A DNA stretch of 59,409 bases from Candidatus Xenobia bacterium (GTDB lineage Bacteria > Vulcanimicrobiota > Xenobia > Xenobiales > QWHO01), in contig BTUM01000049.1 of assembly GCA_045863235.1 (NCBI GenBank), positions 1 to 59,409 of the forward strand, given 5' to 3'. Under the pieces are notes generated by a model that searched no databases, was not told the origin of the DNA, and worked only from the letters and a program-made list of their open reading frames with translations. Shown here one piece after another: positions 27,035 through 36,746 of this stretch. Both the position numbers and the translations under genes were made by a program. How positions within the stretch are numbered: the first letter of the stretch is position 1; each line of letters starts with the position of its first letter.

Positions 27035-28195
27035 CTAAGTCAACGGCAATCCGGCGGCGCAGGCGGCTCCCATCAAGTTGGCCTCATTCGCGCGCAGAAT
27101 GGCGAACTTGCGCTCGCCGAGCAGGGCCTGGAGGGTCTCGCCGACCCGACCGGGATACTGCGGGTCCTTCCAGAACGTGCTCCCCTCGGCCAGGATGCCC
27201 ACCGACCCCTGGCCCGGGAAGTGATCGATCAGGCCGGCCAGGCAGGCCGCCACCAGGTCGGCCGAGCGCGCCAGCACTCGTGCCGCCGCCTTTCCCTCGA
27301 CCGACTCGGGTCGGTTGGTGCGAAGGTCCACCAGGGGCCCGGTGCCGGCCGTGGGGTCAAAACCTGTCAGTCCGGGGACACACTGCTCGAAGACAAAGGG
27401 CAGATAGTAGCCCGAGACCGCCTTTTCCAGCCGCTGCAAGCCGGGGTTGTCCGAATTGCGGTCCACGGCTTCGTCAGCCGCGGTCAGGTGGGGGGGGTGG
27501 AAATTGCCCGACTCCAGGTTGACCGCCATCTTCCCGGTTAGAGGTCCGGCGTACTTGGGGATCGAGTCGAGGGGCAGAAAGCCGGCCGAATTGGTGCCGG
27601 TGCCCACGATCAGCCCGATGAAGTCGTCATACTCGGGGTGCGTCAATGCTCCGGCCAGCAGCGAGGCCACCGTGTCGTTCAGAACGCGCACCTCGCCCGG
27701 CTCCATCCCCGCTCGGCGCATGGCGCGGGCCAGCGCCGCTCCAACCGGCTCACCCTCGACCCCGGTTACGTGCACGCCCTTGGTCCAGCGGATCAAGGTC
27801 GCGTCCCGATTGGGTAGAACGTGGGCCGGGTAGGAGAAGCAGTAGCCGACGTTGCAGCCGGGGGGCGGGCTCAGGCGAGCCACCAGGGCGGCCTGGGAAT
27901 CGAAGAACTCGTCGGCCGGAACGGGTTGGTCGCGACCATCGCGGATACGCTCCTCGACGGGGCCGCCCTCGACCTTGCGGTTGTCCAGGTCTACCAGGGC
28001 GGCGCGCTGGTTGGTGCCGCCGCAGTCCACCACCACCACCCGGCCGGTGGGCTTGTCCAGCGGAGGCGGCAGGTAGGTGAGCAGGGCCCGGACCTCCTCT
28101 CCGTCCACCGTCAGCCCCTGGCCGATCCGTTCTCGCAGCGCCAGGCGCACATCCTCGAGTTGGCGGCGGTTGAGCAAGAGTTCGTCGAGATCCAT
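27035..28195 (-). CDS. Hexokinase (eukaryote-type family)
   Basis: DCGGTNQR, GYCFSYP, LIRWTKG, LNDTVASL, IVGTGTN, NLESGNF, LEKAVSG.YL. Confidence 0.9.
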   Translation of the reverse strand: MDLDELLLNRRQLEDVRLALRERIGQGLTVDGEEVRALLTYLPPPLDKPTGRVVVVDCGGTNQRAALVDLDNRKVEGGPVEERIRDGRDQPVPADEFFDSQAALVARLSPPPGCNVGYCFSYPAHVLPNRDATLIRWTKGVHVTGVEGEPVGAALARAMRRAGMEPGEVRVLNDTVASLLAGALTHPEYDDFIGLIVGTGTNSAGFLPLDSIPKYAGPLTGKMAVNLESGNFHPPHLTAADEAVDRNSDNPGLQRLEKAVSGYYLPFVFEQCVPGLTGFDPTAGTGPLVDLRTNRPESVEGKAAARVLARSADLVAACLAGLIDHFPGQGSVGILAEGSTFWKDPQYPGRVGETLQALLGERKFAILRANEANLMGAACAAGLPLT

Positions 28196-28250
28196 ACCGG
28201 CCTCGTTCTCACGGAAGGCGTCCGGTTCCTGGCGTTCGAAACAGGGGATA

Positions 28251-29003
28251 GTGCTCAAGCTCTTGATGCTCCTGCTCCTGGTTGTGCCGGCCGCCGCCCG
28301 CGAGGCCCGCGAGCTGCCCGTGCTCTGCTACCACCAGCTCTCGCCGCAGGGCGAAGACGCCATGACGCTCCGGCCCGAGCTCTTCTCCGCCCACATGGAT
28401 TACCTCAAGCGCCACGGCTACCAGCCGGTCCGGCTCGAGGACGCCCGCCTGTTCTTGTGGGGCAAGAAGAAGCTCAAGGGCAAACCGGTGCTGATCACCT
28501 TTGACGACGGCTATGAGGGCGTTTATCGCTATGCCCTGCCGGTCCTCAAGAAGCACAAGTATCCGGCCGTCCTGTTCCTGGTGGTGGGCAAGATCGGCTC
28601 TCCTCGCCCCACTCCCCACCTGACCCTCAGGCAGCTCAAGGAGATGAAGCAGACCGGGCTGTTCGAGTTCGGCTCGCACACCTACGACCTGCACGTGCTG
28701 ATTCCCGAGCGGCTCCGGCTGTCGCGGGTCTTTCCCGACCAGCTGCTGGCCGACCTGAAGAAGTCGCGCTCGGAGCTCAAGCGCCAGCTGGACGTGGAGG
28801 TGACCGCCCTGGCCTGGCCCTACGGGCACTTCGACGATCGTTGCCTGGAGCTGGCCGCCCGGGCCGGTTTCACGATGCAGTTCGGAACCGAGTACGGGGT
28901 GAGCAGGCCCTATGACGGGACGCTGCGCATCCGGCGCCTGCGGTTGTCGTCCAACTCCAACGATCTGGCCACTTTGCGGGCCAAGCTGGCCGAGCTTTAC
29001 TGA
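28251..29003 (+). CDS. Exported polysaccharide deacetylase (CE4, IcaB/PgaB-like)
   Basis: Signal peptide; LCYH, TFDDGY, GSHTYDLH, LAWPYG. Confidence 0.9.
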   Translation: MLKLLMLLLLVVPAAAREARELPVLCYHQLSPQGEDAMTLRPELFSAHMDYLKRHGYQPVRLEDARLFLWGKKKLKGKPVLITFDDGYEGVYRYALPVLKKHKYPAVLFLVVGKIGSPRPTPHLTLRQLKEMKQTGLFEFGSHTYDLHVLIPERLRLSRVFPDQLLADLKKSRSELKRQLDVEVTALAWPYGHFDDRCLELAARAGFTMQFGTEYGVSRPYDGTLRIRRLRLSSNSNDLATLRAKLAELY

Positions 29004-29018
29004 CTCACCCGGACAGTC

Positions 29019-29510
29019 CTACTGGACGTGAATAAGTCTCAAGGCGGCCCGGCACAACGCCACCCGCGCCCTGCTGCGCAGGAGATCGTGCCGGCAGTAG
29101 TAGTCGTCGAGCAAGGTGCGCAACCGCTCGGGGTCGCCCAGCCCGGCCGCTCTCCAGGCCGTGTAGCGCACCAGGTGCTGCTCGTCGGGATGGGTCAGCT
29201 CGTGCCAGGGAACCTCGTCCTCGGTTTCCAGGCCCAAGAACCCGGCCATTCGAAAGAACGACTCCCAGCGGTGGTCGAGGCCCTCCAGGGGGCCGATGGC
29301 CAGCTCATAGCGCGGTTCGGGGAAGAGGTAGCCCGCCTCTACCGTCGCGGGCACGCTCAGCCTCGAGGCCAGCGCCTCTGGATCCAGGCCCAGTTTCAGG
29401 GCTACAGGGCTCATCAGGCGCTCATCGCGCGAGAGCGTCAGCAGCGGCTCGACCGGCTCGGCTCCCAGCGCGCGGCAGGCGGCCTCCAGCTCTTCGCGCA
29501 GGGCATTCAC
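29019..29510 (-). CDS. Hypothetical protein
   Basis: 4-bp overlap with upstream gene; typical codon usage. Confidence 0.65.
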   Translation of the reverse strand: MNALREELEAACRALGAEPVEPLLTLSRDERLMSPVALKLGLDPEALASRLSVPATVEAGYLFPEPRYELAIGPLEGLDHRWESFFRMAGFLGLETEDEVPWHELTHPDEQHLVRYTAWRAAGLGDPERLRTLLDDYYCRHDLLRSRARVALCRAALRLIHVQ

Positions 29511-30361
29511 TCCCCCGTCAGCACCACCAGTCCGTGGCGGCTCTTCAGGCTGGGCTGCTCACTGGAGGTGGCCGGGCTGGCCACCTTCCAGCGATGGCCT
29601 TCGTGCTCGAGCCGGTCGCCCACTTGCAGCGACTCCTCGCGGCCCACGGCAAAGGCGGCGGCCCCGGCCAGAACGGCCGGGTCGACCTGTCCCGCAAAAA
29701 GCAGGTCGGGCAGGCCGAACTGGCCCAGCCCGTAAGTGCGTGTGAGCTGCTGACCCTCCAGCTCGACGGTGCCGCAGCTCACGAACAGGCCGACCTCCTC
29801 CGGGCCCAGCACATTGGGGCGGAAGTCGTCCAGGTGGGCCTTGCTCCAGGCCACCCGGCCCTCGGGCCAGGCCAGCAGCAGCGCGCCGGCGTCCATCCAG
29901 GCCCAGACCACCTGGTTGAGGGCTCGCATGCATTCCAACGGGGTGGCGTCCTCGGGGGACTCGGTCAGAAACACCAGCACGCTGGCCTCAGCCTGGCCGA
30001 GGGCCTGCTCCAGCAACACCGGCGGCGGGGCATCGGGCCACTGCGGGGCGCTGGCCACCGGCAGGCGGGTGGTGAGGGCGCAGGCCTGCAGCGATTGCGT
30101 CAGGGCCTCGATGGGTGGTTGGGGATCGACCACCACCCGCCAGGCCCAGGGTCCGGTCTCCAGGTCGGCGTAGGTGCAGGGGCGCGGATGAGTCAGTGCG
30201 GTCCAGTGCAGGGCTCGCGTGTCCAGCGCCGGCAGACGCTCTTCCAGGGCGGCCAGGAAGTAGGCCACCGCCTCCTGGGCTTCGGCCAACAGCACGGCAG
30301 CATGTCCCAGGGCCCGAGGGGGAATGGGCCCCGCAGGTGCGGCTCCGTTGTCCTGGCTCAC
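29507..30361 (-). CDS. DUF4261-like protein
   Basis: TRTYGLGQFGLPDL; GTGA overlap start at 30361. Confidence 0.6.
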   Translation of the reverse strand: MSQDNGAAPAGPIPPRALGHAAVLLAEAQEAVAYFLAALEERLPALDTRALHWTALTHPRPCTYADLETGPWAWRVVVDPQPPIEALTQSLQACALTTRLPVASAPQWPDAPPPVLLEQALGQAEASVLVFLTESPEDATPLECMRALNQVVWAWMDAGALLLAWPEGRVAWSKAHLDDFRPNVLGPEEVGLFVSCGTVELEGQQLTRTYGLGQFGLPDLLFAGQVDPAVLAGAAAFAVGREESLQVGDRLEHEGHRWKVASPATSSEQPSLKSRHGLVVLTGE

Positions 30362-31275
30362 GGGGTGGGCTGCAACAGCAGCGTGGCGGTGGATTGGGCC
30401 CAGGCCACCGCGTTCATCGAGCCTGCGCTGCGCACGTCGGCCGAATAGGCGATGAGGATCACCGACACGGTGGGGGAGCCCTCGAAGATGCCGGCGGGAA
30501 TGGTGCAGGAGAGGTGGTCGGGCGGCAGCAGCTTGCCCGACTTCGCGCCTGCCGTGGTGCCCACGTTGTACCAGTTGCTCTGGCCGTCCTTGATGGCCTC
30601 CCACATGCAGGGCTTGCCCGTGGCCCTGTCCGTGCCGGAGGCCATCAAGCTGTAGCCGACCGCCCGGGGCACCTTGTTCCAGGTCAGCTTGACGGGCTTT
30701 CTCAGGTCCACCTGGGCCATCATGGTCGAGCTCGGGGCGGTGAAGGCCACCGGGTCGAGGAACTCCTGGGGCTCGCCCAGGGTGATCGGGGTATTGCCCG
30801 CGTAGCTGGTCTTGAGCAGATAGGCCCCGGGCGCCTTGCCGGTAATGCTGCCCAATTTGGCATAGTCGGCCGTGCCGCTGGAGCCGCCGACGTGGGTCTT
30901 GCCGGTCCCGACGTGCTTGTGCTTGAGGTGCTCGGGTTGGCCTTTGGGCACGCCCTCCCCACAGCCCCAGTAACGGATGAGCTCGCTCTGAGCGCTGACA
31001 TCGGTGCCCTTGACGTTCTGGATGGTCACCGGCACGTTGGGCCCCACCCCCAGGCCGGCGGGCACGTCCAGGCTGGCAGTCGCGCCTGTGGGGGCGGCCT
31101 TGGGATGGCTGTAGCTGGCGGTCATGGCTTTGGTGACCATCACGCTGGTACCCATGTTGGTGCCGGTGGTGCTGGCGATGAGGAAGAAGTCCCCCACCGG
31201 AACGGGCTTGGGGGCCGAGGCGGCCAGGCCGGCCAGAGCGGCCGTCAGGGCGAGGGCCAGAAACTGCTTTTTCAC
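30358..31275 (-). CDS. Secreted hypothetical protein
   Basis: Signal peptide MKKQFLALALTAALAGLAASA; YWGCGE motif; GAGGAG RBS. Confidence 0.8.
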   Translation of the reverse strand: MKKQFLALALTAALAGLAASAPKPVPVGDFFLIASTTGTNMGTSVMVTKAMTASYSHPKAAPTGATASLDVPAGLGVGPNVPVTIQNVKGTDVSAQSELIRYWGCGEGVPKGQPEHLKHKHVGTGKTHVGGSSGTADYAKLGSITGKAPGAYLLKTSYAGNTPITLGEPQEFLDPVAFTAPSSTMMAQVDLRKPVKLTWNKVPRAVGYSLMASGTDRATGKPCMWEAIKDGQSNWYNVGTTAGAKSGKLLPPDHLSCTIPAGIFEGSPTVSVILIAYSADVRSAGSMNAVAWAQSTATLLLQPTP

Positions 31276-31422
31276 GGGAGCTCCTCGATTCTCTACAGGT
31301 TGAACCTCGTCGCGCTCAAGGCGCAGAAGTTGGAGTCAGGCTGTTCTGAGCTTTCGCAGGAGGGTCCTCTCGGCCGGATAATAACTTCTGATAAGGATTT
31401 CACGGGCTGGGGAGAGGTTTGG

Positions 31423-32415
31423 ATGAGAAAGCGACTTGTGACCATCTTGCTGTTCGCGCTCCTGGTGCCTCTGGCCGGGGCCGATGTCGAGCAAGACAAG
31501 ATCCGGGCCATCGAGATCGCTCGCAAGTCGGTCGTCTCCATCCGCACCTATCGCCAGGGTCAGGAAGAACCGGGCATCGGCTCGGGAGTCATCCTGCGCA
31601 CCGATGGCTACATCATCACCAATCACCACGTGGTCGCCAAAGCCAAGATCGTCAAGGTGACCCTGGCGGGTGGCAAGACCTATACTGCCAAGGTCTGGAA
31701 GGCCGCCCCCGAGCAAGACCTGGCTCTGCTCAAGATCGAGGCCAACAACCTGCCGGTGGCCAAGGTGGGCAACTCCGACAAGGTCAAGCTGGGCGAGACG
31801 GCCATCGCTATCGGCGATCCGCTGGGCTTCTCGGGCACAGTGACGGTGGGCACCGTAGGCGGGCGCGGCCGAAACGTCAAGGTGGCCGGGGTCTACTACA
31901 AGAACCTGATCCAGACCGACGCCGCCATCAACCCGGGCTCGTCGGGCGGGGCCCTGATCAACCTCAAGGGCGAGGTCGTGGGCATCAACGCCCTGGTCTA
32001 CACCGGCCCCCAGAGTTACAAGCACGCCCAGGGCCTGGGCTTCGCCATCCCCATCAACGACGCCATCCAGCTAGCCAAGAAGCTGGTTCAGTCGGCTCCC
32101 GCAACAGCCGGCCAGGGAAAGGCCTGGCTGGGGATCACGGGCGAGAATCTGACCGAGGATTTTCAGCTCACCTACGGCGTGCCGGTCAAGAAGGGCGTCA
32201 TGGTGACCTCGGTCATCAATGGCTCGCCGGCTGGCTCGGCCGGCATGATCGTGGGCGACACCATCGTCCAGGCCGATGGACGCACGGTGCTCTCGGTCTC
32301 TCAGTTTCTGGGCTACCTGGCCACCAAGAAGCCGGGTGATGTCGTCCAGCTAGGTTACTGGCGAGGAAACAAGAAGTCGACCGTTTCCGTCACCCTGGAC
32401 GCACAGAGCCAGTAG
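31423..32415 (+). CDS. htrA: HtrA/DegP-family serine protease with one PDZ domain
   Basis: Signal peptide; TNHHV, DLALLK, QTDAAINPGSSGG. Confidence 0.92.
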   Translation: MRKRLVTILLFALLVPLAGADVEQDKIRAIEIARKSVVSIRTYRQGQEEPGIGSGVILRTDGYIITNHHVVAKAKIVKVTLAGGKTYTAKVWKAAPEQDLALLKIEANNLPVAKVGNSDKVKLGETAIAIGDPLGFSGTVTVGTVGGRGRNVKVAGVYYKNLIQTDAAINPGSSGGALINLKGEVVGINALVYTGPQSYKHAQGLGFAIPINDAIQLAKKLVQSAPATAGQGKAWLGITGENLTEDFQLTYGVPVKKGVMVTSVINGSPAGSAGMIVGDTIVQADGRTVLSVSQFLGYLATKKPGDVVQLGYWRGNKKSTVSVTLDAQSQ

Positions 32416-32416
32416 C

Positions 32417-33061
32417 TTACAACTCGACGTGGGTCACTCCCACGTCACTGAGGGCTTGCAACAGCACCGTCTTGCTCAGCTCGCGCGGGACCTCGACCGT
32501 CATGCGCAAGAGCAGGGTGGTTTCCTCGTGGAGCAGGTCCATGTTGCGCAGGGTAATGCCCAGCAACTCGAGCACTCCCTGGACCTTGGCAAGTTGACCG
32601 GGTCCGTGATCCATCGTCAGCTCCAGGTGGGTGAACTCCCGGTCGCCGAAGCGAGCCTCGATGCGCTTGAGGGTGACCAGCGAGATCAGCGTGATCAGGG
32701 TCGAGAGCACCGCGCCCTGGTAGAATCCAGCTCCTGCAGCCATGCCGATGCCGGCGCACACCCACAGGGTGGCGGCCGTGGTGAGGCCGCGCACGGTGGC
32801 CCCGTGCTTCATGATGGTCCCTGCCCCCAGAAAGCCGATGCCGCTGACGATCTGGGCGGCTACTCGGGCCGGGTCGTTGACCGGCCCGACTCCCTGGAAG
32901 GCAAACAGAGAGATCAGGGTGAACAGAGCCGAGCCCACCGAAACCAGCACGTGGGTGCGCAGGCCGGCGGCCCGGTTGAGCCGTTCGCGCTCGACGCCGA
33001 TCAACCCGCCCAGAAAGGCGGCCAGCAAGAGCCGGGCCAGTTGTTCGAGGTCAATTCCCAT
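32417..33061 (-). CDS. MgtC/SapB family protein with ACT-like C-terminus
   Basis: AGLRTH, DPARVAAQIVSGIGFLGAG, GLTTAA. Confidence 0.92.
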   Translation of the reverse strand: MGIDLEQLARLLLAAFLGGLIGVERERLNRAAGLRTHVLVSVGSALFTLISLFAFQGVGPVNDPARVAAQIVSGIGFLGAGTIMKHGATVRGLTTAATLWVCAGIGMAAGAGFYQGAVLSTLITLISLVTLKRIEARFGDREFTHLELTMDHGPGQLAKVQGVLELLGITLRNMDLLHEETTLLLRMTVEVPRELSKTVLLQALSDVGVTHVEL

Positions 33062-33147
33062 AAACCGCTAGTTTCCATTTCCTGGCATGGGTTTCCTATG
33101 CCGGCCGGACCAGGAAGCAAGACGCGCAAACAGAAGCTCCGCTCGCT

Positions 33148-34335
33148 ATGGCATACGATTGGAACTTGCCCGACACGGCTCTCCTGCAGCTCAACCGCCA
33201 CCTCCAGCTGCAAGATGAGACCTTGCGCGACGGGCTGCAGCGCCCCTCGGCTTACGATCCTCCCATCGAGGCCAAGCTCGAGATCCTCCACCTGATGGAG
33301 GCCCTGGGCATCCACGGGGCCGATGTCGGGTTGCCCGGCGCCGGGCCCCGGGCGGTGGCCGACGTGACCGCCATCGTGACCGAGATCGTGGACCAGAAGC
33401 TCAAGATCAAGCCCAGCTGCGCCGGTCGCACCCTCAAAGTCGACATCCAGCCTATCGTGGACATCGCTCAGAAGACCGGCAAGGTGCTCGAGGCCGACCT
33501 CTTCATCGGCTCGAGCCCGGTGCGCCAGTACGCCGAGGACTGGACGCTGGACAAGATGCTCAAGGTGACCGAGGAGGCCGTGGTGTACGCCGTGGAGCAG
33601 GGCCTCGAGGTCATGTATGTCACCGAGGACACCATTCGCAGCCATCCCGAGACTCTGCGCCGTCTCTACACCACGGCCATCGAGTGCGGGGCCATCCGCA
33701 TCTGCCTGTGCGACACAGTGGGCCACGCGACCCCTGACGGCGTGCGCGCCCTGGTGCGCTTCATCCAGAGCGTGGTGGCTGATACCGGCAAGTCGGTCAA
33801 GATCGACTGGCACGGGCATCGCGACCGAGGCCTGGGACTGGCCAACACCCTGGCCGCCGTGGAGGTGGGGGTGGACCGCGTGCACGGCACCGCTCTGGGC
33901 ATCGGAGAGCGGGTGGGCAATACCCCCATGGAGCACCTGCTGGTCAATCTCAAGTTGCTGGGCGTGCTGCATAACGATCTGACCCGCTTGCAGGAGTATG
34001 TAGACACGGTCAGCCGGCATTGTCGCGTGCCGCTGCCTTTCAGCTGGCCGGGCCTGGGTCGGGACGCCTTTGCGGCCACCTCGGCCGAGAGCGCCGAGCG
34101 ATTGATCGAGCTGTACGAGCTGGGAGAGCGCCAGCTGTTCGAGCACACCTTCTCGGGCGTGGCCCCCGGCCTGCTGGGTCGGGAGGCCCGTTTTGCGGTG
34201 GGTCCGCGCAGCGGCCCCGCCAACGTGCGCGGCTGGCAACTGCAGAGCCAGAAGAGCGGCGAGGTCGAGCCCGTGCTGGCGGCCGCCCGCGAACGCGGAC
34301 GCGTGCTCGAGTCCCACGAGCTGGAGGCCCTGTGA
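33148..34335 (+). CDS. LeuA/homocitrate-synthase family enzyme, subunit A (intact TIM-barrel motifs)
   Basis: DETLRDGLQ, TED, DTVG, HGHRDRG, GIGERVGN; lacks C-terminal GVH. Confidence 0.9.
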   Translation: MAYDWNLPDTALLQLNRHLQLQDETLRDGLQRPSAYDPPIEAKLEILHLMEALGIHGADVGLPGAGPRAVADVTAIVTEIVDQKLKIKPSCAGRTLKVDIQPIVDIAQKTGKVLEADLFIGSSPVRQYAEDWTLDKMLKVTEEAVVYAVEQGLEVMYVTEDTIRSHPETLRRLYTTAIECGAIRICLCDTVGHATPDGVRALVRFIQSVVADTGKSVKIDWHGHRDRGLGLANTLAAVEVGVDRVHGTALGIGERVGNTPMEHLLVNLKLLGVLHNDLTRLQEYVDTVSRHCRVPLPFSWPGLGRDAFAATSAESAERLIELYELGERQLFEHTFSGVAPGLLGREARFAVGPRSGPANVRGWQLQSQKSGEVEPVLAAARERGRVLESHELEAL

Positions 34336-35552
34336 CGGAAGAGCAGCTGATCTACGACTGGAACCGGCAGTCCGGGGGCGGCGAGCTGACCCACAGCCCC
34401 GAAGTGCTCGATGTCACCTTGCTGGAGGCTCCCCACAGCCCGGCTGCCCGCCAGCCAGCTCTCTCCGAGCGCTTGCGGCTGCTGCACCAACTCGACGAGC
34501 TGGGGCTCGACCTGGCGTGCCTGGGGGATGCCGGCGAAGGCTGGGCCGAGACGCTGCCCCTGGTGTCGGAGGTGGTCGAGTCGCGCCTCAAGGTGCGCCC
34601 GGCCGTGGTCTGCCAGAGCCACGCCAGCGAGCTCGAGCGGGTGGCCGAGGCCTGCGAGCAGCTCGGCCACGCCATCCACGTGCTGCTGCAGTGCGGCTAC
34701 TCACCCCTTCAGGACTGGAAGGGGGAAGCCTGGACGGCGGCCCGCGCCGAGCGCATGCAAGAATCGATCATGTTCGCCGTGGGGCTGGGCCTGAACGTCA
34801 CCCTGCTCTGCCCGGATGCCCCGCGGGCCCACCCCGCCTGGCTGGTGGACACCCTGGGTCGGGCTCTGGACAGCGGCGCCCAGCGCCTGGCGCTGGTGGA
34901 TACGACCGGCTGTGCCACTCCTGAGGGCGTGGCCCGCCTGATGGCCTTCGTCGCCGAGCTATGCCGTCGCAAAGCCGCGCCCCAGCGGATCGACTGGTTC
35001 GGCTTCAACGACCGGGGTCTGGCCCTGGCCAACGCGCTCACCGCCCTCGAGTCGGGTGCCAGCCGCGTGCATGCCAGCGTGCTCGGCCTGGCCGAGCGCT
35101 CGGGCTGCGTGCCGCTCGATCTGCTGTTGATCAATCTGCGCCTGCTGGGGGCCCTGGACCGTCCGATGGAGGCCCTGGCCAGCGTCTGCCAGCGGGTGGC
35201 CGAGACCTACCAGGTCGAGGTACTGTCCAACTATCCCGTGCTGGGCAAAGACGCCTTCCGCACCGGCACGGGGGTGCACGCCGCGGCCATCATCAAGGCC
35301 GAGCGCAAGGGCTTCAGCTGGCTGGCCGACCTGATCTACTCGGGGGTGCCGGCGGCCCTGTTCGGTTTCGAGCAGCTCATCGAGGTGGGGCCGATGGCGG
35401 GAGAGTCGAACGTGTTGCACTGGCTGGGGCGCAACGGGTTGGAGGCGACCCCTGAGAGGGTGCAGGCTCTGCTGGCGGCGGCCAAGTCGGCCGACCACGT
35501 GCTCAGCGACGAGGAGATTCGGGTCGCGCTGGGGGAGACAGCCTCGGTTTAG
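34332..35552 (+). CDS. LeuA-family paralogue, subunit B (degenerate barrel, intact subdomain I)
   Basis: DVTLLEAPH, FGFNDRG, but FRTGTGVHAAAI and LIYSG; GTGA overlap. Confidence 0.85.
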   Translation: MTEEQLIYDWNRQSGGGELTHSPEVLDVTLLEAPHSPAARQPALSERLRLLHQLDELGLDLACLGDAGEGWAETLPLVSEVVESRLKVRPAVVCQSHASELERVAEACEQLGHAIHVLLQCGYSPLQDWKGEAWTAARAERMQESIMFAVGLGLNVTLLCPDAPRAHPAWLVDTLGRALDSGAQRLALVDTTGCATPEGVARLMAFVAELCRRKAAPQRIDWFGFNDRGLALANALTALESGASRVHASVLGLAERSGCVPLDLLLINLRLLGALDRPMEALASVCQRVAETYQVEVLSNYPVLGKDAFRTGTGVHAAAIIKAERKGFSWLADLIYSGVPAALFGFEQLIEVGPMAGESNVLHWLGRNGLEATPERVQALLAAAKSADHVLSDEEIRVALGETASV

Positions 35553-35564
35553 AGTCCCGCGCTT

Positions 35565-36218
35565 CTACCCCAGCAGTCGGTGCATCTTCCCTGCCGTTTG
35601 GTGGGCCCGGCGCAGGGGCTCGGGCAGCCGGTGGCGCGACATCTCCAGCACCAGCTTGAGGGCGCTGTCGAGGTCGGTGCGGTGACCGGGTGAGACGAAC
35701 ACCGGCCGTCCCCCTGCCTTCGTGCGCAGGGCCGCTCCCCGCACCTCGCCCTCGAGCTCGATGGGGGTCCAGGCTCCCCGCTCGGGTCCGGGCATGGTCC
35801 ACTGGTAACGTCCCGGGCTCTTGGCGCAGCCGATGGTGGGCAGGTCGAAGGCCAGCCCGAGCAGCGAGGCCAGGCCGCAGCGGCGCGGGTGCAGGATGCC
35901 GTTGGCGTCCACCAGCAGGCAGTCGGGGGCGGGGAACAGCTTTTCCAGCACCCGGATCGAGATGGGGCCCTCGCGCAGCACGAAGAGGTCGCTCACGTAG
36001 CCGGCCTCGACCGGAGACCAGATGGAGTAGCTCGCTTCCAGGGCCAGCTCGGGCCGGGTCATCACCACCACCGCCGCCCAGGCCTTCTCTGACCCGTAAT
36101 GCACGTCCAGCCCGGCGATCATGCGGGCCCCCTTGAGCGGCTCGAGTCGGACTCGCTGGCCCCATTCCCGCTGCAGTTGCACCACGCCCTGCGGCTCGGT
36201 GGGCAGCTGGAAGGCCAG
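35565..36218 (-). CDS. nfi: Endonuclease V (start uncertain)
   Basis: IAGLDV, LREGP, VDANGILHPRRCGLAS, TIGCAKS, PVFVSPGH, RLPEPLR.AH. Confidence 0.88.
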   Translation of the reverse strand: MAFQLPTEPQGVVQLQREWGQRVRLEPLKGARMIAGLDVHYGSEKAWAAVVVMTRPELALEASYSIWSPVEAGYVSDLFVLREGPISIRVLEKLFPAPDCLLVDANGILHPRRCGLASLLGLAFDLPTIGCAKSPGRYQWTMPGPERGAWTPIELEGEVRGAALRTKAGGRPVFVSPGHRTDLDSALKLVLEMSRHRLPEPLRRAHQTAGKMHRLLG

Positions 36219-36226
36219 CGCCGGTT

Positions 36227-36739
36227 TCAGGGCTGCACCTGGCTCGCGAAGCGCCCCTGGTAGACCGCCTCCCCCACGGTCCTGGCGAAGATGAACTGGG
36301 CCAGGCGCGTGCCGGGGTGCAGCGCCAGCGGCACCGAGGAGACATTGGAGATCTCCAGCACCTGGCGGTTGTTGATGCCGGGCTGCATGAATCCGGCGGT
36401 GATGTGGACCATCAGGCCCAGCCGGGCGAATCGGCTGCGCCCTTCGAGCCAGCCGCACAGGTAGGGGGCCAGGTGGATTCGCTCCTTGGTGATGGCCAGC
36501 ACCGTCTCTTGCGGCATCAGCACGAAGTAGTCCTGAACCTGGACCAGCTCGGTGATCTGCTCGAAGTCCGAGTCGTTGGTCACGTGGTAGATCGTGTGGA
36601 GTTTCTTGAAGACCCGGAACTGATCGCCCAGGTGCAGGTCCACCGAGCCCGGCCCCACCAGGGAGGCATCGTACGGATCGATGGTGATGCCGCCTTTGTC
36701 GATCTCCTTGAGGATCTCGTCGCGCGTCAGGACGGACAT
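36227..36739 (-). CDS. dcd: dCTP deaminase
   Basis: SVDLHLG, EGRSRFARLGL.VH.TAG, LEISN, YQG. Confidence 0.92.
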   Translation of the reverse strand: MSVLTRDEILKEIDKGGITIDPYDASLVGPGSVDLHLGDQFRVFKKLHTIYHVTNDSDFEQITELVQVQDYFVLMPQETVLAITKERIHLAPYLCGWLEGRSRFARLGLMVHITAGFMQPGINNRQVLEISNVSSVPLALHPGTRLAQFIFARTVGEAVYQGRFASQVQP

Positions 36740-36746
36740 GGTGCGA

